The notes beneath the pieces were generated by a model. It searched no databases. It was not told the origin of the DNA and saw only the letters and a program-made list of their open reading frames with translations. Positions 1-15,040 of a DNA stretch of 64,000 nt are shown here, one piece after another (position 1 is the first letter of the stretch; every line of letters begins with the position of its first letter). Source of the stretch: the human T2T-CHM13v2.0 reference genome, Homo sapiens; NCBI RefSeq assembly GCF_009914755.1, contig NC_060932.1; one strand, written 5' to 3'. The position numbers and the translations under genes are program-made.

Positions 1-99
1 GAAAAGGTTTGGTATCCTTCCCCTAGCAGGTTGGTTGATATTTATGGTTGACTGACTTCGCACTGGGAAGAAGTTACAGAAGCAAAGGTATGTCCTGTA

Positions 100-1300
100 A
101 CTACTATTGATTTTATTGCTGGTAATTTTATCACTATGGACAGAAAACCTTAATGGAACTGGGCCTAATCTAGCCAGGGTTCCAGTCTCCCTATATGCAG
201 TCAGACTTTATGATTTAACACCAATTAGGGAGACTGCTCTCCTATATAATGACACATATTTAAAATCAGAACTTCACCATGATACCCTTGACTATATTAG
301 TAGAGAACGGACTGAAACTGACATTGGTTCAAAGGAAACTCTAGAGGCAAATGGAATACCCCTGTAGTTTCACTGTATACAATAGGGTTTTTAAGATCAG
401 TATTCAGGGCATATTTGAAAAGGAAACAAGTCATCCTTATTTGGCGATGGTACCCATGTGTAATACATAGAAGTGTTTTTTTATTCCTCTTTCTATTTAA
501 ATCATAACCATTCTACCTGGCAGTGTGCAGATGCAGATATGACAGAGAATAACCATGACAATCACATCATTCCCAATTGGTGGGTAATAGGATCTCCTTT
601 GCCCCTTTCTCTCAGTAATACTGGATTATTCATCTTGTATGGCAACAAAATATATAAATGTTTTCACCTATATGGTCTGGACACTGTGGTTTGGGCTATT
701 TCCTACCTAAAATGACCAGATATGACTCTTTAAATGGTTGTGAAATTCTTAATCTGGGGTTGTTTGTACATGAAGTGATCCCTTACAAAAGAACTCCCTG
801 TGATCTCCCAAACTCGAATATATGAAGGGGTTCTAGATTTTGTTCTTTGGTAAGATCGCTTTTTCTTTAGCTGGCAGTCTCTGAATTGGAAAAATGGCTT
901 ATGGATATTTCAGCAACCCTTGAAAAAAAGTTTTAATGATACTTTCGATACTCTTCAAGCAATACAATCTGAGATGAGTCATTTGGTCTCACTGGAACTC
1001 CAGTAGAAGTTTAGCTGCTCACAGGGATGAGCTTTGGGTGAAACGTATTGTTTTTATGTTAATTAGATATTGTTGCCCCAAATTTAAAAGATCTTAATAA
1101 ATCAGAATTTTTTTTATCAGATAAGCAAGGCCTCCTCCATTGATTTATTCAGTTGGTTAAATTTTAGGCCCCTGGGAATCTTTGCTTAGAGGGATCTTTA
1201 AGTTCTTGCTACAGTTACTGTGTTTTCTTCCTTTGTGCTTTATATCCCCACAAGGGGTTCAAATGCTTTCCAGCAGCCACTCACACGTCAGATGATTGCC
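100..1300 (+). mobile_element. Degraded class I (gamma-like) ERV env remnant in a PCM1 intron
   Basis: broken frames retain WSGHCGLGY (673-699), NDTFDTLQAIQSEMSHLVSLELQ* (from 935) and ALGETYCFYVN (1031-1063, CX6CC-like TM motif). Confidence 0.75.
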
Positions 1301-1468
1301 ATCAGGGAAGCTAACACTGTGTAAACTTGATGGAGGGTGCATGACTGAATCCCAACATAACTTTTGATGATAACAACTTTACCTGACTTTTCATCCCAAC
1401 TTCTGTGTCAGTAGTGGTTACAGGATAATGCTACTCCATTTGGCCACCCTCAAGCTGAGAGGGCAGCC

Positions 1469-1644
1469 AAAAGGGGGGAATTGTTAAAGCAAAATTAAAA
1501 TGGAGATCAGGCCTGAAAATACCTGACCAAAACCCCCATAAAACAAAGGCCTTTAAAACAGCCTTAATCTTCCTTGAATTGCAAACATAAGTGAAACTTA
1601 ACTTGGGTCATTTCCAATCAATGCTTTTGTTGGATAGAACTAAA
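1469..1644 (+). mobile_element. Polypurine tract and start of the 3' LTR of the same ERV
   Basis: aaaaggggggaa (1469-1480) followed by TGTTAAAG... at 1482; truncated by an Alu. Confidence 0.7.
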
Positions 1645-1860
1645 AGGAGTTTGAGAGCAACCTGGGCAACATAGTAAGACCCTGTCTCTACAAAAAATTA
1701 AAAATTAGCCAGGCGTGAGAGTGCAGGCCTGTGGTCCTAGCTACTCAGGAGGCTGAGGCGGGAGGATCACTTGAGCCCAGGAGTTCTAGACTATGGTGAA
1801 CTATGATTGCCCCTGCTGCATTCCAGTCTGGGCAACAGAGTGAGGCCCTGTGTCTTAAAA
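1645..1860 (+). mobile_element. 5'-truncated old Alu (AluJ-like)
   Basis: ggatcacttgagcccaggagtt in the right arm. Confidence 0.85.
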
Positions 1861-2848
1861 TTTCTTCTTAAATATATATTTACAGTTATGATTCATAATT
1901 TCTTAGAAAGGGGGCTTATAATCTTTGAAAAACGTTAGTACAAAGAGTAACTCTTCTAACTCTTTTGTTTGCCTCACTACGAGTACAATTATACATTTAA
2001 AACTTCGAAAATTACTGGTTAGATTTATTCTTATCTGATCATTGTCTAGTTGCCATAGAAGACATTTAATTGAAATTAAGTCAAAGGTAGATTATAAAAG
2101 CTCTTGAATTTGAATTTTAGTCAGGGATCCTACTGAATGTTTTTGTGCAAGGAAGTGAAATGGTCAAATTTATGGGCTGTGAAGATTAATCTGCTGACTA
2201 TAGCATATACTATCAAGCTAGATTGGGGGATCTACTATTATATAAGTATGAAATATAAGCTGAACAGGAGCAGGGTGAGAAACAGTGCAAGAAGAAGAAA
2301 AACCTAAGATTTCTACTTGGATAATTGGTAGAATTATGATACTATTAAAAATCAGAAGGGAGAACTAGGAGGGAAAAAAATAGAATTCAAGTTTAGGAAA
2401 AACAGTTTAAGGTGATCACAAAAGACAGTTACTAAATTCATACCTCAGCTTTCTAACAGCCCCATCAGAGTTGATACACTGAAAAGTTTGTAAGTGGTTA
2501 CTTACATTCTGCTGGGTACAGCTCTCGTGTTCAGTAAACATATGAAAAAACAAGAGTTGTCTTTCTGTTTTTAGTCCTGGTTGTAACTATTTCTTCAGCA
2601 TGTATGAACTGCCCCCCTGCCTTTTTTTTTTTTTTTTTTTGTGACAAAATGGTAACAGCTTGACAGTATGTTTCACAGCTGTGATTGTAGCTTTTCCTAT
2701 GAACTGCATATTTCTAAATTATTCATAGAGCTGAATGTAGAAGAAAACGAAATGTGATAGAATTACTGAGAAAATAATTCACTATTTCTTTACATGGATG
2801 ACTGGTTTGGATCTAGAGTATGTATTTTTTTTTTTCATTACATTACAG

Positions 2849-2941
2849 GAAGCAGAATCTGGTAATATAAGTCAAAAGTCTGATGAAGAAGATTTTGTAA
2901 AAGTTGAAGATTTACCACTGAAACTGACAATATATTCAGAG
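2849..2941 (+). CDS. PCM1: PCM1 third-from-last coding exon (EAESGNISQKSDEEDFVKVEDLPLKLTIYSE)
   Basis: T-rich tract + cattacag acceptor, 93 nt open frame, GAG|gtattt donor; peptide recognised as the PCM1 C-terminal region. Confidence 0.95.
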
Positions 2942-3031
2942 GTATTTAGCTGTCTTTAATTAAACTTGTCTTTACATAACAAATACTGTTAAAATGAAAA
3001 ATGATTTGTATTTTTAATTTTCATTCCAAAG

Positions 3032-3146
3032 GCAGATCTAAGAAAGAAAATGGTAGAAGAAGAACAGAAAAACCATTTATCTGGTGAAATATGTGAAATG
3101 CAGACCGAAGAATTAGCTGGAAATTCTGAGACACTAAAAGAACCTG
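3032..3146 (+). CDS. PCM1: PCM1 penultimate exon (ADLRKKMVEEEQKNHLSGEICEMQTEELAGNSETLKEP)
   Basis: ttccaaag acceptor after a 90-nt intron, 115 nt, CTG|gtaaga donor; overlaps ORF 3050..3253. Confidence 0.95.
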
Positions 3147-3370
3147 GTAAGAGTTATCAATTTAAATCTTGCCATATTGAAAAATCATTGAATCTTCATA
3201 CTACTATTGTGTTTTATTTTTTAAATATGCTACTACTGACCTGGGAGATTTAAGCCAAATACTAGAAAGAAAGTGTAATTCTGTAAGAATTTTAGTTCAA
3301 CTATTTATAAAACAGTGTCAGATAATTTTTTTCTATTCACATCTTTAGTTTTAAAAAATGTAGACATGCT

Positions 3371-3701
<331 letters not shown>

Positions 3702-3705
3702 TTAA

Positions 3706-4041
<336 letters not shown>

Positions 4042-5119
4042 CAAAAACCCACTTTTTATTATTGATTTTTAGTTCTTTAGGAGACTATAACTCTAAATAT
4101 TATGATTCTTAGTTTTTAAGATGCAGATAATACCTCTTTTCTACCCGATGACAAGTATGTATCTAGCCCTACCTCTCTCTCCTCCTCCTCTCAGTGTTCA
4201 TATTATTTTTGTTTGTTCTATTTTTTACTTTCAATTTTGGTTAAGTATATGTGCATTTTGTTCCATCAACTTTGGTCATTATCCCTTGCTGCTCCTCCTC
4301 TGCTTTCTTCCTGGTTCTCTGTTCAGTTTTACCCATATTCTTACATTACTAAGGCTATTATATACGCTTACATTTTGTTTTCGTAATATAATTAAATGGT
4401 TCTATACCTTCTCTGAGGTTGCTTCTATATAAATATCATTCATTGTAGAGCCAAGCGATAGTCTCAGATTTTCTGTATGAGTCTAATAACACAGCTCTGG
4501 AGCCACTCAATGTTTCTTGCATCAGGATCAAAGGGTTTTCTTTTTGTTGTTCTCCATCAGTTCATCAGTTGATGAAAATTGCATGATATCTCATTGTTTT
4601 TGTTTTTCCTGGAAATGGAGTTGAGGAGAAGGAAAGACCCTTCAGATATCAGACCTTCAGTTAATTTCTGTTTTCAGCCCACTTCTACCTGTTAGAATAT
4701 GGTACCCTTCTCAGTTGCAGCCTCTTGCAAGTGTTTGAACTGCAGCTTCCTCCACTGTCATTGGGTATGCTTCCATCTGCATTGAGCATTCTGGTAATTT
4801 GTTGATATCCCCTCTTCTGTTTTCTCACAACCAGTCTTTTGTTGGTGTAGATTTATTCTATTCTATAGTTGTTTTCTTTTCATAGTGGAGTGTTTTTAGA
4901 GAGACACGAAGTATCTGCTCAGTCTGCCTTGTTGAATCAGAAACGCCTCACCTATTCTTTTTTTACTGTGTGCTATTAGGGAATTGTATTAGCAAGCTAA
5001 TTTAGGATTTCTTTTATAATAACGTTATATTAAAAGTAAAAGCTTTAATGACAGAGAACAATGTTAAATTCTAGTAATTCGATAAGTAATTTATAAAGCA
5101 TTTTTATTCTGTTTTTCAG

Positions 5120-5145
5120 AAACGGTGGGAGCCCAGAGTATATGA
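5120..5145 (+). CDS. PCM1: PCM1 last exon, coding part (ETVGAQSI*)
   Basis: gtttttcag acceptor; phase matches previous exon (G|AA = Glu); TGA at 5143-5145. Confidence 0.93.
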
Positions 5146-7435
5146 GATGTCTTCAGAGGCTCATCTAACTCTGTCCTTACATACTCAATGCATATATGAA
5201 AACAATACTAAATAAACATCTGATCTGTATAAAAATGTAAATTAGTTTGACACTGCTTTTTTGATAGGTGTGGTCATTTCTCCCCATGGTAGTTTAAAAC
5301 ATCAGAAACTGAATTCTGGACAGATTTAAGCCTTGACACACTGTGTTTTTTTTTTTTTCCCCCTTCTTTTTTGGGTCTTCATTTTTTTCCCCATTGTGAT
5401 GTTTGGTAACGAATTTAAAATGTAGTTTTAAATAAAGTTTGGACTTATCTATAAAGTATCTTTTTTGGAAATTATATTGAATTCTATACAGCAAGTCAAT
5501 GTTTTATATAACTTTAGGCTGCTCAGAGAAGAGCAATGGTTAAGAGTTAGTTAGAGAAATATATTATTTGTTATAAAGCCCATCCATTAGGCCAGTCTTC
5601 CAACTAATGCCAGTGTTGCTGCTGTTGGGTCTGATGTTCTTCTTTTAGATACCTGCAGGTCCTATTCCTGTGCAAGAATAGGGCAGATTATCAAGATATC
5701 CAGGATACCTATGAAGTTATTATAGAATATTTATTAATCCATTGAAATTGGATAATAAGTTTAGAACATAGGTTCTCAGTATCTAGAACTTACATCATTA
5801 TCATCTGTTTGTTAGGATTTGAAATTCTGGAAAATATTTATCTACATCGCCTCAGACTAAAAGTAAAAAAAATAAGCTTTATATAATTAGGGAGATTTCT
5901 GCACAGAGAAGTAACATTGTGGTTAATTTTAAATGAAAAACTTAACTTTTTCAAGTGGGGATAAATAATACAACTAAATTTCTGTAATAGTAAGATTCTG
6001 TATGCCTTCAGATAAACTTGCCTATTGAGATGGTAATTTAAAGCCAAAGCATAGCAGTTTCTTTTGTGTGTAGTGAGGTTGAAGCAGATTTGCAGGTGAA
6101 GTATTGAAAGTTTATGTGACTTTAAGTCAGCTTTTGAAAAGTGATTGATTTGCTTTTTATCCCAAACTGTCCATATACCCAGTAAGGCTTCAAAAAACCA
6201 GTCAACAATGAGTAAGTCAATCTTATAGATTCTTCTTCCTCGAATAAAATACAAAGAATTAGTTCCAATAAGTATTTTAACTTTGTTAACAACTGAAATA
6301 CCCCATAAAAAAAGAACTTGTTGAGAGTATTTCTTTAAAATGGTTACTTGCTGCCCAGGCACCATGGCTCACTCCTGTAATCCCAGCACCTTGGGAGGCC
6401 GAGGCGGGCAGATCACGAGGTCAAGAGATTGAGACCATCCTGCCCAACATGGGGGAAACCCCGTCTCTACTAAAAATAAAAAAATTAGCTGGGAGAGGTG
6501 GCACGTGCCTGTAGTCCTAGCTACTTGGGAGGCTAAGGCAGGAGAATAGCCTGAACCCGGGAGGTGGAGGTTGCAGGTTGCAGTGAGCCGAGATCATGCC
6601 ACTGCACTCCAGCCTGGCAACAGAGCGAGACTCTGTCTCAAAAAAAAAAAAAAAAAAAAAAAAAAAGTTAACTTGCTGTATACCTCAGTGTAATGTCCGT
6701 TCAAGGAGTATTAAATGAGGATTTCCCTGCGAGGACATTTACTGTATTGCTACTTAAATTATGGAAGACAATATATCTTCAACTTTAATAAAACCTATTC
6801 AGAAAATTACCAATTCAGAATTCGGAGTTCTTATCCAGGTGCTCTAACTAACTTCAGGGAAATTGGAACAATAAGTTATGTTACATGCACACTCAAATTC
6901 TTTATTTTCTCCACTTTAAGCAGGAAAGGGTAAAAACTGTTTTGGTACTCAAGCCCAGCCTTACATACTGTGTTTCTCTCTCTGTCTGCATGCATATTAA
7001 AGTGGAAAAATTGTATTTATATCTTAGTTATTACCATAGTACCTATGAACCTTATCAAAATTGCTTATTTGACTGGTGTTACAGCTGCTATTAATCTAAG
7101 TCTATTGTTTTTCTATTTTAGTAGATAATTTAGTTTTAAAATACGTAGGGTTTGAGAGCAGATATATTTATTTAATCTGTTTTCTCTAGTAACTATTGCT
7201 GAAGGGTTAGGCATTCAGTATTCCTATTTGTCCTAATTTTGAAGTTAAAAATTTTGGTTACAGATAGATAGAGGGAGAAAAGTTCAAAATGAGTGAGAGA
7301 GAACTTTATGCAGGTTGAGATAATGCCTAAAATAATGAGCTGGCCAGACTGTGGAGGTACTCTTTGTATTTTGTAACATTGACTTTGGGTAAATGCTTTT
7401 TCACTGTTAATAAATATATATCCTGTATACAACCC
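5146..7435 (+). other. PCM1: PCM1 3' UTR with several candidate poly(A) signals
   Basis: AATAAA at 5211, 5431, 6243, 6787 and 7409; the last is followed by a T/GT-rich tract; distal end inferred. Confidence 0.7.
6353..6666 (+). mobile_element. AluS-like element in the PCM1 3' UTR
   Basis: both arms and A tail; degenerate TSD ..ttacttgctg / ..taacttgctg. Confidence 0.92.
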
Positions 7436-7518
7436 TGAATTGTATTTTCTTTTAAATTCACATGCTCATTTATGTTTTAGAATTTGTTCCACAGTGGTGA
7501 CTTGACAGCTTTAAATGT

Positions 7519-7785
<267 letters not shown>

Positions 7786-7789
7786 GTAT

Positions 7790-8681
<892 letters not shown>

Positions 8682-8746
8682 ATATATACTCTAGAGAGAA
8701 CATTCTTACATTTACTCAAAAATAGACTGATTCGTTTCTTGTCCAA

Positions 8747-9053
<307 letters not shown>

Positions 9054-9340
9054 TGTCCAACTTTCTTTAATCAGCTCATCTGTCAAAAAGAGATTGACTC
9101 TAGATTTCCCTTATTTCACTACACAAATAAAGTTTCCAAGTCACCTTGACTGGAAGAGCCAGCATTTCCCGTTGTACAACTCTAATTGTTACTCTTACAG
9201 TCCCTGTCTTTACATGTCTGGTTTCTTCCTCAGATTCACTGGTATCATTTTCTGAAAATTAAGGAACAGAAGGGAGCTCTGTGCCTACAAATGACTTTGA
9301 TGCACGCAAGCATGCACCCACACACGTATACACAAACAGA

Positions 9341-9547
9341 TTCAGTATCCATTGTTAGAAATGCTCCAAAATCCACAACTTTAAGTGCTGACATGACCTT
9401 CAGAAGAAATGTTTATTGGGGCATTTGGGATTTTGGATTTTCATATCTGGGATGCTCAACCAGTAAATATAAATATTCAAAAATTCAAAAAATCCAAAAT
9501 CCAAAAGACTTATTTCCAAGCATTTCGGATGAACAATATTCAGCCTG
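9341..9547 (+). mobile_element. Tigger4a/MER46-like non-autonomous DNA transposon
   Basis: aatgctccaaaatcc...gggatgctcaaccagt...ccaagcatttcggat...tcagcctg matches the recalled consensus. Confidence 0.7.
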
Positions 9548-10244
9548 TGTATGTGTATGTGTGTGTATATACATATATATGTACACTTCTAATTACCAGT
9601 TCATTTCTTCTTTATAAGCTTAGAAAAATCTGTTACAAAATAAATTTTGGAGCAGCAATTTAAAGAGCTCTTGATTTCCTTGTTTTAAAAACTAATCACA
9701 GTATAAAGTTTCTATGCAACAGAGTTCTATTATATCTCTTTTACATAGTAAATGTATTTCTTGCCTTAAGACTTTTCCAAAGTGTAGTTAGTTGGCTATC
9801 CCCCATATGTAGGTTTAACAAATCACATGATTAATTTTAAAACAAATCATATAGTTGCAAATATTATTTTGCTAGGAATCCTCACCTTTAATAAATAGCT
9901 TCCTGCCTAGAGCTTTTCTGTGGATCAGATCACAAAATACTTTGAAAGATGCAAAGAGCTATGTCATTTCACACTAGCAGTTGTCAACATTTGTGTTAAA
10001 CCACTTTTAGTGAGACTATGGACACAAATTTAGACTTATCCCATCTTCATTGCTGTTTATAAAAATTTCACTTACTAGTGTGACCATCAGCTATTGTCTC
10101 ACAGTTACATTGAGAATTTCCCTAGACTGGGAATAGGTATAGGTTATTCTATTCAATGAAATAATGCTCATAAGAATGTTTTGAGTATAAGTGCTATACA
10201 AATTACCTATGTTGGAGAAAAAAGACAACTCAGTATGGATTAAG

Positions 10245-10426
10245 TTCTGGATTTGGGATTTTTTTTTTCTTTCAGATTTTGGAATATTTACATTATACTG
10301 GTTGAGCATCTCAAATCTAGAGTTCAAAATGCTTCAGTGAGCATTTCCTTTGAGCATCAGGTCAGTACTGACAAGGTTTTGCATTTTGGACCATTTCAGA
10401 TCTTTGGGTTTGGGACGCTCAATGTG
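10245..10426 (-). mobile_element. Second Tigger4a/MER46-like copy, opposite orientation
   Basis: actggttgagcatc...gagcatttcctttgagcatca is the reverse complement of the 9341 element core. Confidence 0.65.
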
Positions 10427-11939
10427 GAGTGGTTTTGCTTTGTTTTCAATGTTCTAACCAACGTATCATTAAATCAATTTCCAGGGCAGAGTTTTAAATA
10501 CTGATTGTCCACCAGAACCCACAGTTGCTTCTATGTGTCCTTTGTGAACATGTTCTGCCTATATACTTTTTTTTGTAGATTTTCCTTTTCTTAGGTGACA
10601 GAGACTAAAGGGCCTTCATTATAATGGATCTTGGATCTTAGATGTGCAGTTTCCCCCCAGTATCAGCTTTGCCATTTCCAATCTTTCTATTCCCTCACTC
10701 TTCCCTCTACCCTCCAAAATATTTAAGACAGATAATGAATTTTAAGTTATAAAATCAGTATTTCAAATAGCTTTTTGGATTATGATTTTCAAATTTACCT
10801 TGGATTATGTAATTTTGCCTCTTTTTTCTGCCCTTCCCTACCTTTCTCTGTATTCCCCCACCACCAGTTGTCAAATTTATATTACACAAATATTCAATAG
10901 AGAAATCACTAATAACTTATTTTTGTGGCCCATCGAATTCTGTTGAATTTGAGTATATAATAGCTAAAAAAAAAAAAAAAAAGCATATTTCAGGTGGTGT
11001 TTTCTAGCCAAATGAGTATATGTATTTTGTATTTCATATAATTCTGAAGCTTATTATCTGGTAGTTTCAGTGGTCAGTCTCAATTTTTATGTAGAAAACT
11101 TCTATACTCTTCCAGGGCTTATCAGGATTCAAAAGTTCAATTTATGTAACATCATGTAGTTCAATTTTTTTCTTCTATCTATATTAGCAGTCATATATAC
11201 ATTAGATATATGTTAGAATGCTTTTGGTTTTAACCTACAATTCCTTACCAGGAAATATTTGGACAGTATTATAATAAAGCAACAAAGAGATAGGGTTTCT
11301 ATGACATTTGGAAATGTACAATGCAAAAAAAAACCCAAAAACCCTGCTGTTCTTCATTTTCCTATCTGTGAAATGCAGGAAGAATTATCCTAGATCCAAG
11401 GATGCTTTTAGTATTTTCAAAGGAAGACTTACGAAAAGAATTAAAAATGGAAATTAGTGAATGAGCAATTATACAAATAATTATCGGTGTTTATTGAAGT
11501 CCCAGCGAATAAGAAAGTGAAAAACCATAGTAACTCTTTATTTTATAACAAAAATGGGATTAAATTACAAGGATTCAGGTGACCCCAACTTTTGTCCATT
11601 TTCTATGACTTGGGAGGCTTCTGGACTTCTCTTTGGCATGGTGGCACTGCCTGAAAAAAAAAAAACAGGGACTTCTTGTTCCTCAAGTCTTTTTGGGGCA
11701 TGTTACTTAGTCGACAACACAGAAGAAGGATACTACAATAAACTGTTTTTCTTCCCACTCCTAGGCTTTGAAAAACTAGTCAGTTATTGTAGTCCATTCT
11801 CCAACCTTAAACAACTAAATGATACTTTAAGTTAGTTTGCCACCCTTGGCGTTAGAGTCTTTCTGTATGGTAAGATTCAAAAAATTCATATGGAAGTATG
11901 TTAAGGTTTATGTTAAGGTTCACATAGATACTAGATATT

Positions 11940-12790
11940 GACGTGTTAAAACGGAGTTGTTGGTTGCCCCACATCTGATTGTTCTAGTCTTCTCATCTTA
12001 GTACGTGCCAGTTCCATCCTTCTACTTTCTTAGGACAAACCCCTTGACATTGTCTGTGGCTCAACTCTGTATCCCAAACCCTTCATCCAACCCTTCAGTA
12101 AATATGGTCAGCTACACCTTTAAAAAGTAAGTCGAATCCAGCTGGTTTTCACTACCTCTTCCACTGCCATCTTTATTCAAGTCACTCTTATCTCTTGCCT
12201 CGATTCCTGTAGTAGCCTCCTAATGGCCAGACCCGTCACTTCCTAGACTTTCTATAATCTAGTCTCAGCACAGCAACCAAAGTGATACTGTTCAGATGAT
12301 ACCAGTAGCTTCCTATTTTATTCCAAGTAAAAGCAAAAATGACTTCAGAAGGCCCTACAGGACAATTCTCTACCTCTTCCTTTCTTATTTTCCGTGTGCT
12401 TCAGTCACACTGACCTCTTTGCTGTTCAGACCTGCCAGGCATCATTGCATGCAGGGCCTTTTGCATTTACTGTTACCTCTACTTAGAATGTTCTTTCCTC
12501 AGATATTTTTATGGCAGACGTTTAGTGAATCTTCTTTATGTATCCAACCTAAAATTGCACCTCCCCACAGTTTATTTTTATCTTCTTGCCCTCAGCTTAT
12601 TTTTCTCCATATTACTTATCCACAGTTAACAATATTTTACTTATTTTATGTCTTTCTCCACCCCCTCAGTTAGAATGTAAGCTCTTTAAGGGTAGGAATT
12701 TTTCTCTGCTTTGTTCACTGCAATATTTCTTGTCTTTAAGCAGATCCTGGAATGTAGAAATTTTTCAATATCTGTTACATAAACAAGTAA
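11940..12790 (+). mobile_element. L2 3' region
   Basis: tagcctcctaatgg...cagggccttttgcatttactgtt...tagaatgtaagctc...ggtagg typical L2 tail. Confidence 0.75.
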
Positions 12791-13359
12791 ATTTGAGTAT
12801 TTCGAAGAGAGATTCAAGGTCATCAGTATGTTTTACTAAGAAGGATTGGACATCTTATTTAACTATGGCAAATGGATTCTTCTCCACTTCAACAGTTTTA
12901 ACAAAAACAGTGGAATATTCCTATAATAGTACTTTTCAGAGAGAAAAGTTTCAGCTGAGGAAAATGAAATATATGCTTATCTATTCCAAGTCTGCTAATA
13001 GGTAAGTCATATTAGTTGATTGATATAATTTGAAATTAACATGAAATTTAAGTTTAAAATGCAGTGAATCTAATGATAACATACAACAATAGATTTTAAA
13101 GTAATCATTGGAAAACCTTCAGAAAAACTAGGCTGTTAGTCAAATTGAAGAATATCTCCTAAGGGTTTCTGGAAAGAGACCCCTGCCCTAATTTCCCACT
13201 AAAAGGTCCAGAAAAATTGATGCCACCTGTAGTTTGGCAACGTGCACTAAAAAGTTCAAGGTACCGTCTTTGGCATAGCAATTTAATTGCTAGAAATCCT
13301 AACAATAAATATCTTAAGCTCTAAGAATCTTTATATATATAAAATATATGGATAATCAT

Positions 13360-13990
13360 TCTTTGTCCTACATATTTAAGCTCTATCATCTATTTTAAGT
13401 AATTTTTTTTTGGTATGGTATGAGGTAAGGATCAGGTTCTATTTTTCTCCTATATAGAAATCCAGTGCCTTCATTTGTTCAAAGGACTTTTCCTACTGTC
13501 TTGTTACCTTTGTGGAAATCAATTGACCATATATGTGTGGCTCTATGTCTGGAATTTCTGTTATGTTCTGTTGATTTATATGTCTATTGTTACATCAGTA
13601 TTACACTGTCTTGACTACTATAGCTTTATAGTAAGTCTTGAAATTAAGAAACGTAAGTCCTTGCTTGATGACTTGGGATACAGAAAAAAAAATCTCCTCT
13701 GAGCTGTTCTAACACTCAATAAAGTTTGTCTTCATCTTGCTCACCAAAAAAAAAAAAAAAAAAAAAAAAAAAGAAAGAAAAAGAAACGTTAAGTCCTCTA
13801 ACTTTGTTCTTTTGCAGACATTTTTGGCTATGTTCTTTTCATTTTCATGTTTTGCATTTTCAATTTCAGTTTTCACAAACCAAAAACCTGCTGGGAGTTT
13901 TATTAGAATTGCATTGAACTTATAATTTGGAGGAAATGGAAATGGAAACAATATTGAGTTTTCCAATCCATGAACATTATATAGTTTTTT
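13360..13990 (-). mobile_element. Old L1 (L1M) ORF2 fragment, interrupted by a small retro-insertion
   Basis: ctttatagtaagtcttgaaat...aagtcctctaactttgttctttt reverse L1M motif. Confidence 0.75.
13662..13780 (+). mobile_element. ~120-bp polyadenylated retro-insertion with target-site duplication
   Basis: AATAAA 13718-13723, A27 from 13746, flanks aagaaacgtaagtcct / aagaaacgttaagtcct. Confidence 0.8.
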
Positions 13991-14985
13991 GGAAAGAAGT
14001 CTGCTGTCATTTTTCTTCTGTGTGTAATGTGTACTTTTCAGCAATTTGAATATGATATGCCCGTGTGTATGTGGATGTGTGTATCATGCTTGGGGTTCAC
14101 TGAGCCTATGTGAGTTCGTAGTTTCCATCAAATTTGCCTCACACCCTCCAGTTATTCTCTATCCCATCATTTTCTTTTTTTTTTTCTTCCTATACTTGTC
14201 ACCATCTGAAACTATCATGATTAGTATATTCACATCTGTCTCTCCTTGTTAAGGAGTCAAACTTGTTCAACACTGTATCCCCAGCAACCAAACAAGGCCT
14301 GACACAGAGTTGGTGGTCAGTATTTGTTAGCTTTGTATATTATTGCCTACAACATTTACCAGTAGGATAATAACTCAGTCGTCCTAATATTTGCTGTACA
14401 TCAGCTACCCACAGTATTCTAGCATTGCTTATTTCAGTGTCAGATACTGATATGTTAAAAGGGAAAGGATTAGGTAGATTTTTCCAAATGCACTGTTGTT
14501 CTAGAAAAGGGGTAATTGTTATTAAATCACCACCATTATTACTGCCTGGTGCTTCAATGAACCTCTAGCTTAAGGGAAACAAAAACAACTTGATGTCAAC
14601 TCTTCAAAGCAAATGGTTTCTACTCTGTCTACCTCTCCAAATGGCCACATATCCCAAGTGTTCACAAAATATTTATTGTTATTGAGGATCCTAGATGTGA
14701 GAGGGGTATAGGGCAGGGCCAACCTTATCAACACTTTGGCCTCAAAGATGAATGGAACCTTGCCCTCGGTATTTCTCTGTAACTGCAGAGTTTGGTTGAG
14801 TAGGGCAGAGGAGAAAGAACAGTATTAGTGTCTGTCATTTTTGACTGTATACAATTTGCTGATCAAATGGGAGCTCAGGGAATAGCCTACAATATTATCA
14901 AAATGTTCAGCCACCATCGTCTGCCTACATTTCCACCTAAAACAGTGCTGTTTCCTATTTGCTATTTTTTAGAGGGTTAGTTTCT

Positions 14986-14987
<2 letters not shown>

Positions 14988-15024
<37 letters not shown>

Positions 15025-15040
15025 TGTGTGTATATATATA
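14988..15040. repeat. (GT)n(TA)n microsatellite
   Basis: direct reading. Confidence 0.95.

Noticed and set aside
3147-3253. In-frame read-through of the PCM1 penultimate exon into the intron
   Set aside because: Strong gtaaga donor; no evidence from sequence alone for an alternative C-terminus
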